Below are positions 19,082 through 29,208 of a DNA stretch of 64,000 nt, piece after piece. Below the pieces are notes generated by a model. That model worked only from the letters and a program-made list of their open reading frames with translations, made no database searches and was not told where the DNA came from. Numbering within the stretch: position 1 is the stretch's first letter; each line of letters begins with the position of its first letter. Source of the DNA: a virus; IMG/VR virus record IMGVR_UViG_3300025874_000006, positions 1 to 64,000 of that record. The stretch is one strand, 5' to 3'. The position numbers and the translations under genes are program-made.

Positions 19082-19222
19082 TATATAGTCCGAAACATGA
19101 TCAATGACCAAAGAGTTAACAACATGACCTTTGAGACAATCACTGCCGCATTGCAGTGGAGAATGAGTATGGGACGCACCTTCATGGGTGAGACTTGGAT
19201 TGACTTTGCGGAGGCAAAATAA
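19079..19222 (+). CDS. Small early protein
   Basis: Start lies within the repeated leader. Confidence 0.6.
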   Translation: MYIVRNMINDQRVNNMTFETITAALQWRMSMGRTFMGETWIDFAEAK

Positions 19223-19359
19223 TGAACCACGAAATTGCTGATCTAATGAATGACCTTGTAATGCTAATCGAAGCACAAGAGTGTTACAATGAGACGTACT
19301 ACAACAGTGAGTACAATCGAATCACCAATCGTATTGCTGAGTTAGGAGGTATCAAATGA
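19222..19359 (+). CDS. Small early protein (45 aa, not in ORF track)
   Basis: GGAGG RBS; TAATG and ATGA coupling. Confidence 0.65.
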   Translation: MNHEIADLMNDLVMLIEAQECYNETYYNSEYNRITNRIAELGGIK

Positions 19360-19670
19360 ATAAAGTTACCGTGATACACCAAGCGTTCGAGAAGACCCCT
19401 GAGATGATTGCTTACGTTAATGTGGGTGACCGTACGGGTGACATCGCCCTTGAGTATGCATACTTTCGCACACAGAACATCCAAGGTTCGTGGAGTCGTG
19501 ACGACATTGAGAACAATCCGGACTACTCAGAAGATGTGACTGTGTTAGTTTCGTTACCTGTTTTCGACGGTCAAACGTATGGATTACGTTCAACGTCTAT
19601 GGGAGACCAGATGTTGTTTAGTGGTAAGACTTACGAGGTCGCGATGTGCGGCTTCAAGGAAGTGTCTTAG
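19356..19670 (+). CDS. Hypothetical early protein
   Basis: AGGAGGT RBS; TQN..GSWS...GLRSTSMGD. Confidence 0.8.
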   Translation: MNKVTVIHQAFEKTPEMIAYVNVGDRTGDIALEYAYFRTQNIQGSWSRDDIENNPDYSEDVTVLVSLPVFDGQTYGLRSTSMGDQMLFSGKTYEVAMCGFKEVS

Positions 19671-20083
19671 TCTTTAGGTAGATGCTTCGCGTGGATTTTG
19701 CAACCGATGAATGCGTTGTAGAATTCCTCGCGAAGTAGTACGTCATGTTCGAACTGCAACTTTGCTTCGTAGTATGAACATTCCCCTTTGGTGCGGCAGA
19801 GTTTCAGGATCTCTCTCTTGAAACTCTCTGCACCTTTCTCTTCAACTAGGGATTTCACTTGTTCGCTTGAACCAAAGTACTTCTTCCAGTCAGACACTAC
19901 TCGCGTCTTTACCTTACGCTTTCGTGTCTTCGTCACTGGCAGTGTTTTAGGTTTCCAAAAGAATTTCTTACCGATATACTTCTTGCCCGTGTCGAGCTCA
20001 GTAACCATGTAAACGAAACCCTGATAGTCTTCGAGAAAAGACTCATCAGGGTCAAAGGGGGTATTTTCGAATGTCCATTCCAT
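19667..20083 (-). CDS. GIY-YIG-like nuclease
   Basis: GFVY.VT...TGKKYIGKK; Y.GSS; F.REIL. Confidence 0.8.
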   Translation of the reverse strand: MEWTFENTPFDPDESFLEDYQGFVYMVTELDTGKKYIGKKFFWKPKTLPVTKTRKRKVKTRVVSDWKKYFGSSEQVKSLVEEKGAESFKREILKLCRTKGECSYYEAKLQFEHDVLLREEFYNAFIGCKIHAKHLPKD

Positions 20084-20107
20084 ACACTTACTTATATGGT
20101 GGTTAAC

Positions 20108-20248
20108 TCACTCTTCTTCGTATGTAGGTTCCGCATCCGCATCTGCACTACACATTGGGCAGTGTCGCGGTATCTCATCTTCGTAGGGTACCCTTACTAT
20201 TGATAGAATGTCGCATATAGGACACTCAATCAGATATTCGTTTTCCAT
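20108..20248 (-). CDS. Small zinc-ribbon protein (46 aa, not in ORF track)
   Basis: CPIC...CPMC; GAGGTG RBS. Confidence 0.65.
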   Translation of the reverse strand: MENEYLIECPICDILSIVRVPYEDEIPRHCPMCSADADAEPTYEEE

Positions 20249-21222
20249 TAGGCCACCTCTTGTTCCAACTCGTCCCAACCGTAGTCTTCGCCTTCCATAC
20301 CGACCACTGAATATTCGGTCACACGTTTCTCAAAGAAGTTGTCGTGTGATGCTCCGTTCAGTACCCAGTCCAACCACGGTAGTGGGTTATTCTTTTGTTT
20401 GAACAGTGGTTTCATACCCAACTGAAGTAGACGGCGGTCAGCAATGTGACGGATGTAGTCGCGAACTTCTTTCTTGGTTAGGCCCTGTACACTGTTACCT
20501 TTAAACGCAAGTTGGATGAACTTGTCTTCTAGTTTGACAGCGTTCTCTGCCATCTGGTAGATTTTAGACTTTAACTCATCATTAACAATACGTGGATGTT
20601 CATCTGTGAACTCACGGAACAACTTTGCGTTGCCCTGTACGTGAATGGTCTCATCTCGGATAGACCACTCAACAATCGTTGCCATACCCTTCATCTTTCC
20701 AAAACGTTGGAAGTTAAGTAACATGACGAATGATGCGAATACTGACATACCTTCGTTGAACACCGACTGTGCCAACGCAAGGGCAAGACCCATATGACTA
20801 GAGACGTTACCGTCCTTCATAAAGTCAATCTTATCTGCCATCTCAGAGTATTCCAAGAACGCGTGGTAGTCTTCGTCAGGTAGACCTAGAGTGTCATTTA
20901 ACAGGGCGTACGCACGTTGGTGCACCCCTTCACGGTTCGCAAACGATGCTAACATATTGCGGACTTCGTTATTCTTGAACTTCGGTATTAGAAGTTCGTG
21001 GTAGTTCTCTCCTACCTGTACGTCCGACTGTGTGAATAGTCGCAGTACGTGTGTGATGAATAATTTTTCATCTTCTGACAATTTAGTCTTCCAGTCTTGA
21101 ACATCTTCAGAGAGTTCTGCCTCATCTTCAATCCAGTGGATTTCTTCGTGCTTCTTTGTCAGTTCAACCGCCCAAGGGTACATGAACGGTTTGTAAGTTT
21201 CTGAAAGCTTTAGTAACGACAT
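20248..21222 (-). CDS. nrdB: Ribonucleotide reductase class Ia beta subunit
   Basis: EGVHQRAY, DETIH diiron motifs; NFFE.RVTEY. Confidence 0.97.
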   Translation of the reverse strand: MSLLKLSETYKPFMYPWAVELTKKHEEIHWIEDEAELSEDVQDWKTKLSEDEKLFITHVLRLFTQSDVQVGENYHELLIPKFKNNEVRNMLASFANREGVHQRAYALLNDTLGLPDEDYHAFLEYSEMADKIDFMKDGNVSSHMGLALALAQSVFNEGMSVFASFVMLLNFQRFGKMKGMATIVEWSIRDETIHVQGNAKLFREFTDEHPRIVNDELKSKIYQMAENAVKLEDKFIQLAFKGNSVQGLTKKEVRDYIRHIADRRLLQLGMKPLFKQKNNPLPWLDWVLNGASHDNFFEKRVTEYSVVGMEGEDYGWDELEQEVA

Positions 21223-21263
21223 AATAGACCTTTTATAATAATTTGTATGTAGGCAATCTGCCC

Positions 21264-23264
21264 CTATCCTTCACAAGCTCGACACTCATCTCCATCATTT
21301 CCAACAGCATTTAAACTGATATCTGTCTTCAACTGAATCATAAGGTCTTCATAACCACCAATATATCTACCTTCTATGTAAATCTGTGGAACTGTCTTAA
21401 CATCCTTTCGTCCAGTTACTTCTGCGGCAGTCTTCTTTATCACATCAAGGTCGATGTAATCAAAAACAACTCCCTGCAACTCTAACTCTTCGATTGCCTT
21501 GACACACCACGGGCAGTTAGATTTACCATAGATTATCGTCCGGTTGTCGTCTGCCAATGCAACTCGTTCGACTTTGTCGGATACCGTCTCCGCACGAGAA
21601 CTCGCCTCGGTACGCAAATAGTATAGACCTTTCAATCCGTTCTTCCACGCGCTGAAGTGCACCTTATTGACATATGCCTTAGGTGTGCCCGATGGGAAGA
21701 ATAGATTGACTGACTGACCTTGACAAATAAATGGTTGTCGTTCGGCCGCATGAGTCACCACCCAATTCTGGTCTAGTTCTTGCGCGGTCTTGTATATCGC
21801 CTTCTCCCCTTCGTTGAGGAAGGGTAGGTGTTGCACCGACCCCTTTTTGGTGATAATACTAGTCCACGTAGATTCGTTATCTTGACCCTTCTCTTTGAGG
21901 AGTTGGGTCAGATAAACGTTCTTCACTAGGAACGAACCAGCACGAGTTCTATGCGTATAAGCACATGCCTTCAGTGGTTCGATAGATGGTGATGTAGATA
22001 AAATGACTCCCGACGACGCGTTAGGTGCTATTGCTATTAAATGCGCATTACGCATTTCTGAACCTAAACCGTCTGAGTATTCACCTCGCTCTTTCGCAAG
22101 GAGCCGTGACTCTTCTACAGCTTGTCTATTGATGTTCTCAAAGACAACCTTATTTATCTCTCGGGCTTTATCAGATTCCCAAGCGACAGAGTGCTTTTGT
22201 AAGAGTGAATGGAATCCCATTGCACCCAAACCAATTGATCTTTCACGTTCCGCAGAGTATCTTGCTCTGGAGATGCTGTCCGGTGCGTTCTCAATAAAGT
22301 ACTCAAGAACGTTGTCCAACATGCGAATCAAGTCTCGCACAATGTTGGTATCCTTCCACTCATCGTAGTATTCTAGATTGAGTGAGGAGAGACAACATAC
22401 CGCAGTTCTATCTGGCCCTGTCGGTAAGTGAATTTCATTACATAAGTTTGACCCGTGAATCTTTAGTCCCTTATCCTTCAGAGGTTGGGGGAGCCCTCGA
22501 TTCGCGGCATCAATAAAGTTTAAGTACGGTTCACCCGTACGGAACCGAACCTCAAGGATTCGTTCCCATAACTTACGTGCATCTACAGAATCTTTAACTG
22601 CACCGTCCTTCGGGTCACGTAAGTCGAATTTTTTGTTGTTTATAACCGCAGTCATAAACTCATCGGATATATTTATAGCATTGTGAATGTTCAGAGCTTT
22701 CCGTTGAACATCACCTGTCGGTATACGGATATTTAGGAATTCTATAATGTCTGGATGGCTTATGTCTAGGTATGCTGCATATGACCCCTTACGCGTCTTA
22801 CCCTGACGATAAGCAATCATGTCGGCATCTACAGTGTGTAAGAACGGAATCGGGCCAGGCGCAATGTCAGAGACCGTACGAACGTCCGACCAATGGCCAC
22901 CTACACCACCACCCATAACGGACAACCATCGCAGTTCCGAAGAGTGCTCGATAAGTCCCTCTAGAGTATCTGGTACATAAGTAAGGAAACATGAAATGGG
23001 CAATCCCTTCCCCTTGCCTTCAGCTGAAGGTGCGTTTGACAGTACTGGTGATGCAAACATGAACCATTTCTTGGAAACATATTCGTACAGTCTTCGTGCT
23101 AGGACTTCATCCAGTTGTCCTTTGTACATCGACCATGCGGTTGATGCTCTTGCATATGCGTCTTGTGGCGAATCTTCACCTTCTACCATATAGAAGTCTT
23201 TTAACATACCTACTGCATAATCAGTAAGTAAGTCATCTCTATCATATTTCACTTCGACTGTCAT
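21264..23264 (-). CDS. nrdA: Ribonucleotide reductase class Ia alpha subunit with inserted glutaredoxin domain
   Basis: ISCF, SNLCNEI, APNASS, KGLYYLR; Grx CPWC...TVPQIYI.G.YIGG; terminal CRACEG. Confidence 0.97.
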   Translation of the reverse strand: MTVEVKYDRDDLLTDYAVGMLKDFYMVEGEDSPQDAYARASTAWSMYKGQLDEVLARRLYEYVSKKWFMFASPVLSNAPSAEGKGKGLPISCFLTYVPDTLEGLIEHSSELRWLSVMGGGVGGHWSDVRTVSDIAPGPIPFLHTVDADMIAYRQGKTRKGSYAAYLDISHPDIIEFLNIRIPTGDVQRKALNIHNAINISDEFMTAVINNKKFDLRDPKDGAVKDSVDARKLWERILEVRFRTGEPYLNFIDAANRGLPQPLKDKGLKIHGSNLCNEIHLPTGPDRTAVCCLSSLNLEYYDEWKDTNIVRDLIRMLDNVLEYFIENAPDSISRARYSAERERSIGLGAMGFHSLLQKHSVAWESDKAREINKVVFENINRQAVEESRLLAKERGEYSDGLGSEMRNAHLIAIAPNASSGVILSTSPSIEPLKACAYTHRTRAGSFLVKNVYLTQLLKEKGQDNESTWTSIITKKGSVQHLPFLNEGEKAIYKTAQELDQNWVVTHAAERQPFICQGQSVNLFFPSGTPKAYVNKVHFSAWKNGLKGLYYLRTEASSRAETVSDKVERVALADDNRTIIYGKSNCPWCVKAIEELELQGVVFDYIDLDVIKKTAAEVTGRKDVKTVPQIYIEGRYIGGYEDLMIQLKTDISLNAVGNDGDECRACEG

Positions 23265-23283
23265 TAGTATTCCAAAATTTGGA

Positions 23284-23601
23284 TTATCTTCCGTTTATAG
23301 AGAGATAACCACTTTCAAGTAATTTATAAGGGAACTTACCACGAACCCCTTTATTATATTCTTCATCAGTAACGATGATGTACTCTAACAGAACCTCCCT
23401 GTCTAAGCACCGAGATTTGATATCACTCCAGTACTTATCAATATGTTTGTCCGTACCATCTGACACCACCACCACGAAAATTTCTTTCTCTTCATATGTG
23501 CAATATCGTACATTATACGCAATAAATACCTTTCTGTCAATGTCTGAGAGAACTTTATACAAAAAAGTATTGTCCTTCATATGGTTGGATAGTCCTGACA
23601 T
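23284..23601 (-). CDS. Hypothetical protein
   Basis: ORF. Confidence 0.6.
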   Translation of the reverse strand: MSGLSNHMKDNTFLYKVLSDIDRKVFIAYNVRYCTYEEKEIFVVVVSDGTDKHIDKYWSDIKSRCLDREVLLEYIIVTDEEYNKGVRGKFPYKLLESGYLSINGR

Positions 23602-23607
23602 GGTTAC

Positions 23608-23958
23608 CTATTTGCTGTAGTCATAAAAGGGTTCATCTTCTTCGTACTCATAGTCTTCGATGAGCATCTGTTTACCTGTCTCCCAGAACTTCTTACAACA
23701 CTTCTCTATGTATTCTTCCTGTTTTTCGGAGTCAAAGAGGCCTTCCCACATCAGATGATTATCGAATGGGTTCTCTGGATTTTTTACTAGGAATCTTTCT
23801 TTGGACATTCTGTCAAAAACGGAGTAACCTTGCATAGCAACATAGATTACATTACTCTCACAGAATTGGTGTGGAACGAGTTCTTCGACAACTTCTTCGA
23901 CATCATTCATCTTTTCGAGAATGACTATCGTGTAGTCAGCATGGTGCAGTAATTTCAT
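23608..23958 (-). CDS. Hypothetical protein
   Basis: ORF with upstream promoter and AAGGA. Confidence 0.7.
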   Translation of the reverse strand: MKLLHHADYTIVILEKMNDVEEVVEELVPHQFCESNVIYVAMQGYSVFDRMSKERFLVKNPENPFDNHLMWEGLFDSEKQEEYIEKCCKKFWETGKQMLIEDYEYEEDEPFYDYSK

Positions 23959-24021
23959 AACATAATCCTTATCTAAGGTGTAGGATTATATAGTATTTAA
24001 ACTACTTTGTAAAGGGCTTAA

Positions 24022-24204
24022 TTAAAATTTATCTGGAAATATTCTTTTGAGTACTGCCGCAGCATCTTTGCGTTTCTTCTTGCGGTCATGTTTTTTACGT
24101 ACTATGACAGTCTGGTCTGGATTATCACCGGCACCAGCAACACCTTTGGTAGTATTGGCAATTTCTTCGTCAAACTGTTTCATGAATTCTTCGTATGTTT
24201 TCAT
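24022..24204 (-). CDS. Small putative internal head protein
   Basis: N-terminus MKTYEEFM resembles the T4 IP capsid-targeting sequence. Confidence 0.7.
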   Translation of the reverse strand: MKTYEEFMKQFDEEIANTTKGVAGAGDNPDQTVIVRKKHDRKKKRKDAAAVLKRIFPDKF

Positions 24205-24794
24205 TTCATTATCTCGTTGGCAGAGAATAGAACACGTCTGCCTGTTCGTAAGTGGGTTCCTTCGAAAATTGAGATGCCCAAGATGTCATGGGATAGACTG
24301 TCCTCTGCGATGCGGATTTGGTCACCCTTACGTACTAGTTCGTCCGCAGAGTCCGTCATAGAGTCATTACGCATACGATAGACCCCTTGACCAACAGACC
24401 CGTTCTCCAATACGTACCATTGGGAACTCTCCATGAGAACATCCAAGATGTCAATACCTGACGCCTCATGAATCTTCTGGATATTAGAATCGGAAAGGTC
24501 TCCGTGTTCCTTAATCAATGCAAGTGCGGCACCATATCGTGCGACTACCGAAGAACCACCAGGCGCCTTAGCCATAATCTTCTTGAGGTTAAATACTAGA
24601 CGATGGAACGATGTATAGTGGTCACGGTATGCTTCTCGGTCATCCATTTTGTCCATAGAGAAGTCTGGATTTTTCTTACCGTCCTTATCAATGATACCAG
24701 CTTTGAACGCACCTGTATCCTCGAACTTAGTAACGAGTAGTTTTAAAAATCTAATTGTGTAGACTACGTCTGCAGCTGACTTTAGGATGCCCAT
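24201..24794 (-). CDS. Conserved T4-like virion-cluster protein
   Basis: D..YT.RFLKLL...F....AF..GIID..G...FHRLVFNLK. Confidence 0.8.
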   Translation of the reverse strand: MGILKSAADVVYTIRFLKLLVTKFEDTGAFKAGIIDKDGKKNPDFSMDKMDDREAYRDHYTSFHRLVFNLKKIMAKAPGGSSVVARYGAALALIKEHGDLSDSNIQKIHEASGIDILDVLMESSQWYVLENGSVGQGVYRMRNDSMTDSADELVRKGDQIRIAEDSLSHDILGISIFEGTHLRTGRRVLFSANEIMK

Positions 24795-25150
24795 CTTATT
24801 TCTCTCAATTTCTCTACTACGTATTTATCCATTTCGATACCTGTAATGTCATCATTTTTTATCGCTTGAAGAAAAACAAGGAATGGTTTGATTGTTGGCC
24901 ACTGGTCTAGTGGTACTTTTAACGCTAACATCTCCACCCCCGCCTCATATCCGAACACATTGAATATCACAATTAGGTGGTTTAGGATGAGACGCTCAGC
25001 GAGGTCACCGCTTTGGTGGTACCTATTAATAAGTCTCTTCACATACTTGAATCGTTTGAGGTCGTCAAAAAACTCTTCCCCATCAATATGCGTAGGGTTG
25101 TAATAATGTTTTGCAGCGTACACAATAAGGTTATTTTTGTTCAACTTCAT
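24782..25150 (-). CDS. Conserved T4-like protein
   Basis: YA.KHY.NP...EEF.DDLKRFKY.KRL...ERLILNH. Confidence 0.85.
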   Translation of the reverse strand: MKLNKNNLIVYAAKHYYNPTHIDGEEFFDDLKRFKYVKRLINRYHQSGDLAERLILNHLIVIFNVFGYEAGVEMLALKVPLDQWPTIKPFLVFLQAIKNDDITGIEMDKYVVEKLREIRWAS

Positions 25151-26099
25151 AGTATGGGTCTTTAAACTCATTTAATGTAAAGTCCGGCAGTTCCGGTTCC
25201 ATCTTATTTAGTTCTTTGATAAGAGGTTCCATCCATTCCCAATCCGGCATTTCTTTTCGTGTAACACTATATTCGTTTGAGATGTATATGTAACTGTACT
25301 TAGGATTTTCATTACGTATCTGCATATCTAGTTTGCCTTCGTGGGCAAGCTTCTTTAATAGATGGAACTGTACGATATCTTCCCCGACAACAAGGTTTGG
25401 GTTGTAGTTCATCATAGTAGCAGCTTTACGAGAGAAGAACACTAAACGATTTAGAGTATTGCGTCGGTCACCATGACGTATCGCAAAGTCATGAAGATAT
25501 ACCTTGTTCTCTAACCAGCGCCGAGCATCCTCTTTAGATAATGTCCCCTCACAATATCTGACCAAACTATTAACCCCATCTTCCGTCACTCTGGATTTAT
25601 ATTTACGGACACCCTGTGCGTCTATCGCATGAGAAAACCCTGGCCGATAACTAGGAGGAATAAACATATGTTTCCTAACGACAGTTTGAGAATCTACTTG
25701 TTTTCTAAACAGGTCTAAGAAACCCTCTTGATAATTTTGGACGCATAACTGATTGTACAGACACACAACATCTGGAGGAGTTTCTTGATAGGCAGTGGTT
25801 CGGTAGAGGTTTCTACCATAGGGAGTGATGAGGTCATCTCCGTCGACATGTACCATATACTCGTTGTCACTCTCTAGAAAGAGTTTCAGTACAGAGTTCT
25901 TACCTGTAGCGGGAGTACCATCGGATTCGGTGATATGATATTCAATATCGTTAGACGCACAAAACCCCGCAGCCTCATCAGAGTACCCTTTATTCAAGGT
26001 ATTGATTACGACTACGGTTTCGTTAGATTTTAGAGTTTCAAATTGTCGAGCGAGAGCATTAAGAGACCCGCTCGTCAAGACATAATATTTAAAGGACAT
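25131..26099 (-). CDS. Glycosyltransferase (GT2-like)
   Basis: SDGTPATGKNS, VDGDD, VGED. Confidence 0.75.
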   Translation of the reverse strand: MSFKYYVLTSGSLNALARQFETLKSNETVVVINTLNKGYSDEAAGFCASNDIEYHITESDGTPATGKNSVLKLFLESDNEYMVHVDGDDLITPYGRNLYRTTAYQETPPDVVCLYNQLCVQNYQEGFLDLFRKQVDSQTVVRKHMFIPPSYRPGFSHAIDAQGVRKYKSRVTEDGVNSLVRYCEGTLSKEDARRWLENKVYLHDFAIRHGDRRNTLNRLVFFSRKAATMMNYNPNLVVGEDIVQFHLLKKLAHEGKLDMQIRNENPKYSYIYISNEYSVTRKEMPDWEWMEPLIKELNKMEPELPDFTLNEFKDPYYEVEQK

Positions 26100-26102
26100 G
26101 GG

Positions 26103-26324
26103 TTATCCGTGGTGGATTCCAGCTTCCTTCAGTTTCGCAACCAGTACGGACTTTCTGCGGCGGCGGTCTAATCGTACACCGTTCGCTGCACCTAGTTCAT
26201 CTAGTTCACGTTTAGTCATATCTTCTATCATCTGAAGTGGCGTTACTGCCGGAGACCTAACAACTTCGTTTGGAGGGTCTTGACGGAACAGGTTCATTAC
26301 GTAGTGAAAGATAGTAGACATCAT
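26103..26324 (-). CDS. Small protein with Rho-N-like helix
   Basis: MTK.EL.ELG...GV.LDRR..K..L. Confidence 0.7.
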   Translation of the reverse strand: MMSTIFHYVMNLFRQDPPNEVVRSPAVTPLQMIEDMTKRELDELGAANGVRLDRRRRKSVLVAKLKEAGIHHG

Positions 26325-26338
26325 AATTTAATCCTCAA

Positions 26339-27082
26339 TCATTTATTTTTTGGTGGAGTCTTATCACCGTTCTTTAGATTGTCAGCGCCACTTCGAGCAG
26401 GAGATTGTTTCATATCCTTACCGCCCGCTTTAAAAGTAACATCGTGACCTTCTTCTTCTTGGTCTTCGATCTTCTTATCAGACTTCTTGTGCATATCAAT
26501 GACTTTCTTATCGTGTTCAGAAGAATGGTCATCATACTTCTCACCATCTGCTGCGATTTTCTTAGGGTCATTTTTTGCTTCAACAATCTCAGTCCACATC
26601 TTTTCAAACGCAGAACGAGTGTCCACACTTTCAATCTTAGAGATCTCTGCTTTCTTATCAGCAGTCTTAGGATTCTTTTTGATATCAGAGTCACCATCAG
26701 CTTCTGGTTCTACTTCTGGTTCTTCTTCATCTTTTTTCTTAGGTGGGAAAGGTTTCTTCTTAGACTTCTCTTCGTCTTCGTCTTCGTCTTCTTCTTTCTC
26801 TTCCTTAACAGCAGGTTTCTTACCACCGTCAATAGCGTCATCAGTCGCCTTACGCTTCTTGTGAAGGTATTCATCCGAAGAATCTACGTCACCATCGTTG
26901 TCGATGTCCTTGTCCTTACGGTCTTTGAACTTCTTATCGTTCTCTGCATCGTTGACAGGGTCGAGTTTCTTCTCTTCAACTTCTTTTTTCTTCTTGTCAG
27001 TACCGCAAGATTCTGCGATTTGTTCCTGCTCGGAGACCTTCATCGACAAGTAAGCCTCCATGATTTTATTAATGTTTGACAT
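26339..27082 (-). CDS. Highly charged prohead/core-like protein
   Basis: K/E/D-rich; DKDIDNDGDVDSSDEYL EF-hand-like motif. Confidence 0.75.
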   Translation of the reverse strand: MSNINKIMEAYLSMKVSEQEQIAESCGTDKKKKEVEEKKLDPVNDAENDKKFKDRKDKDIDNDGDVDSSDEYLHKKRKATDDAIDGGKKPAVKEEKEEDEDEDEEKSKKKPFPPKKKDEEEPEVEPEADGDSDIKKNPKTADKKAEISKIESVDTRSAFEKMWTEIVEAKNDPKKIAADGEKYDDHSSEHDKKVIDMHKKSDKKIEDQEEEGHDVTFKAGGKDMKQSPARSGADNLKNGDKTPPKNK

Positions 27083-27103
27083 TATCAGTCTCCGTTAAAT
27101 AAT

Positions 27104-27412
27104 TTATGCGTCAAAGAAAATTTTGACGACTACACCAGCAAAGACGGTTGCGGACAATGTAATAATATATTGCATCACCTTAACTGTTTTACCTTGTTCT
27201 TGAAGAGAATCTTCCATATCATCCATTCGCATGGAGAAACGATTCATTCTCTCGAAATGTTGAGAATTTGCCTTCTCTATATTGATAAGTTTTTCTTCTG
27301 CCCGTGCAAGGTCAATCATTGCATCAGAAAGTTTATCGATCTTATCTTCGATTCTTGCGAGTCTTTGCTCTTCACGTTGCACATGGTCTATTAATGTTGA
27401 GTTATCTGCCAT
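27104..27412 (-). CDS. Coiled-coil protein with C-terminal TM segment
   Basis: RL.RIE.KIDKL; late promoter at 27502-27509. Confidence 0.75.
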   Translation of the reverse strand: MADNSTLIDHVQREEQRLARIEDKIDKLSDAMIDLARAEEKLINIEKANSQHFERMNRFSMRMDDMEDSLQEQGKTVKVMQYIITLSATVFAGVVVKIFFDA

Positions 27413-27517
27413 TTTCGATCATCCCATTAATGTGTATTATATAAGTCTTGTTTGATATAGTTATTATATACTGTTGACTTATTAGTTAGAAGTTACGGGT
27501 GTATTTATACGAATTAA

Positions 27518-27835
27518 TTACCATGCACGGCACGACCAATAACGCGCCTTCCACTTCGGGCCAGGGTCTGCACAATTGTGCCTCGCCCTGAAACTTTTTC
27601 TACGAGCAGGGTTGTCTTTCTTAATGGTCATATTCGGATCTCCGAATGAAACCTTGACGACATTACCTGACTCGTTCTTGGTATATACGTAGAACTTCTT
27701 AGAACCACCACGTACGGGTTTATTCAGAGTAACAGTATTACCCTGATATTCTGTTTCAGTTAGTTCGAGTTCTTCGTCAAGAGACGCACATGACTCGCAA
27801 CAACCTTCATCTATATACTTTTTAAATTTTTTCAT
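27518..27835 (-). CDS. Putative internal head protein (DUF6321-like)
   Basis: MKKFKKYIDE; KVSFGDPNM.IK...RRKSFRARH.C. Confidence 0.8.
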   Translation of the reverse strand: MKKFKKYIDEGCCESCASLDEELELTETEYQGNTVTLNKPVRGGSKKFYVYTKNESGNVVKVSFGDPNMTIKKDNPARRKSFRARHNCADPGPKWKARYWSCRAW

Positions 27836-28122
27836 CAGTGTTCCTTTATCCAACGTTCGACTTCTGCCTTAGCAGTAGCAACATTCCTATATCCAGTTAC
27901 GGGATATCTCGGAGTGTCTCCACTCTTATCGAAGACAGTGGGCAACACTTTCTGACTGCCATCTTTATTAAATTTCATAGAATCAGCACCAGATAAACGT
28001 ATTTCATACATACCATCAGAAGTAACGTGTTTGAACACTTTCTTTTTACCATCCCAACCGTCAGGAACTTTCTTCCATTTGATCTTGGTAGACTCTTCTA
28101 GATGTGTCTTAAAGGATTTCAT
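27835..28122 (-). CDS. Putative internal head protein
   Basis: MKSFKTHLEE. Confidence 0.75.
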   Translation of the reverse strand: MKSFKTHLEESTKIKWKKVPDGWDGKKKVFKHVTSDGMYEIRLSGADSMKFNKDGSQKVLPTVFDKSGDTPRYPVTGYRNVATAKAEVERWIKEH

Positions 28123-28135
28123 TTTTGTACTCAGT

Positions 28136-29206
28136 TCAGTAAGAATCTTTCTTTGCTCTCATGCGTTCTTGATGTTTTTCAATCGCTTTACGTCTAGCAA
28201 CTGCTTTCAAGTCTGTCTTGGCAGGCTGGGAAGCCATAGCGACTTTATCACGTCTGTGCTTAGGAGTAGTCTTAATTGCATGTGTAAGACGGCGATAATC
28301 ATCGTCCTTTGCTTCCGACAAGTCTGTAGATTCTTTTATATCGTCCATTAAAGCCTTTACGGTCTTCATGTCCAGACCCATCTTCTTAGCAATCCACTGT
28401 GCAGATTTACCTTGGTCAATATAGCCATGGAACTCTTTCATCCTACCTTCTTCAAGGTCTACAGACTCGTTACGCTTAGACTTCTGAAAAGCATTGTAAT
28501 CTTTACGTCTCTTAGCATCTGCTGCTTTCTCAGCAGGAGTCATCTGTGATACTGGTTTCTTACCTTCCTCAACAGACTCTTTCATCGAACCAAAGCCTGG
28601 GTCGAACCCAGTAATGTCACGAAGGTTGGCAGTTGCCGCAAGACGTAGGTAACGTAACTTAATACCCTTACTCTCGAACTCTGCATAATCGACTTCACCG
28701 TCACTTGACTTCTGTGACAGGTTATATAGAAGACCTTTCTTAACATCAATCTTAACTAAAGGAAAGATGTCACCTGCCATACTGTTGCGAGTAGCATAAC
28801 GGAATACTGTTTGACCAGTCTTAACCTTTGCTTCCTTGCCAACATATGACTTATCACCAGCATCAAGACCGAACAGTACGATACCGTCTACCCTACCGTG
28901 GCCACATACACCAATCACTTTGTAACCTTTCTTGGTTCCGTAAGCAACTACCTTTTCTTCACCCCAGTTACTAGGTGACTTATCTAAGAATTGTTGGTAT
29001 GCTTCGTCAAGTTCAACAGATTCTTTCATAAGATAAGCATCAACACCGCCAGTAGACTTTAGTTTCCATTTCTTAGCCGCTTTCTGTGCCGCATCATATG
29101 AAGTAGGTGCAGTAACTACTACCTTACCTTTCTTAGCATGAACTACAGTGTAGGTCAATTCCTTTGCTTCTACAAGACTTTCTCTTAACTCACTAAACTG
29201 TTTCAC
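28136..29206 (-). CDS. Putative internal head polyprotein
   Basis: MKQFSELRE; repeated ES(V/T)xLxE linkers. Confidence 0.75.
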   Translation of the reverse strand: MKQFSELRESLVEAKELTYTVVHAKKGKVVVTAPTSYDAAQKAAKKWKLKSTGGVDAYLMKESVELDEAYQQFLDKSPSNWGEEKVVAYGTKKGYKVIGVCGHGRVDGIVLFGLDAGDKSYVGKEAKVKTGQTVFRYATRNSMAGDIFPLVKIDVKKGLLYNLSQKSSDGEVDYAEFESKGIKLRYLRLAATANLRDITGFDPGFGSMKESVEEGKKPVSQMTPAEKAADAKRRKDYNAFQKSKRNESVDLEEGRMKEFHGYIDQGKSAQWIAKKMGLDMKTVKALMDDIKESTDLSEAKDDDYRRLTHAIKTTPKHRRDKVAMASQPAKTDLKAVARRKAIEKHQERMRAKKDSY

Positions 29207-29208
29207 GT

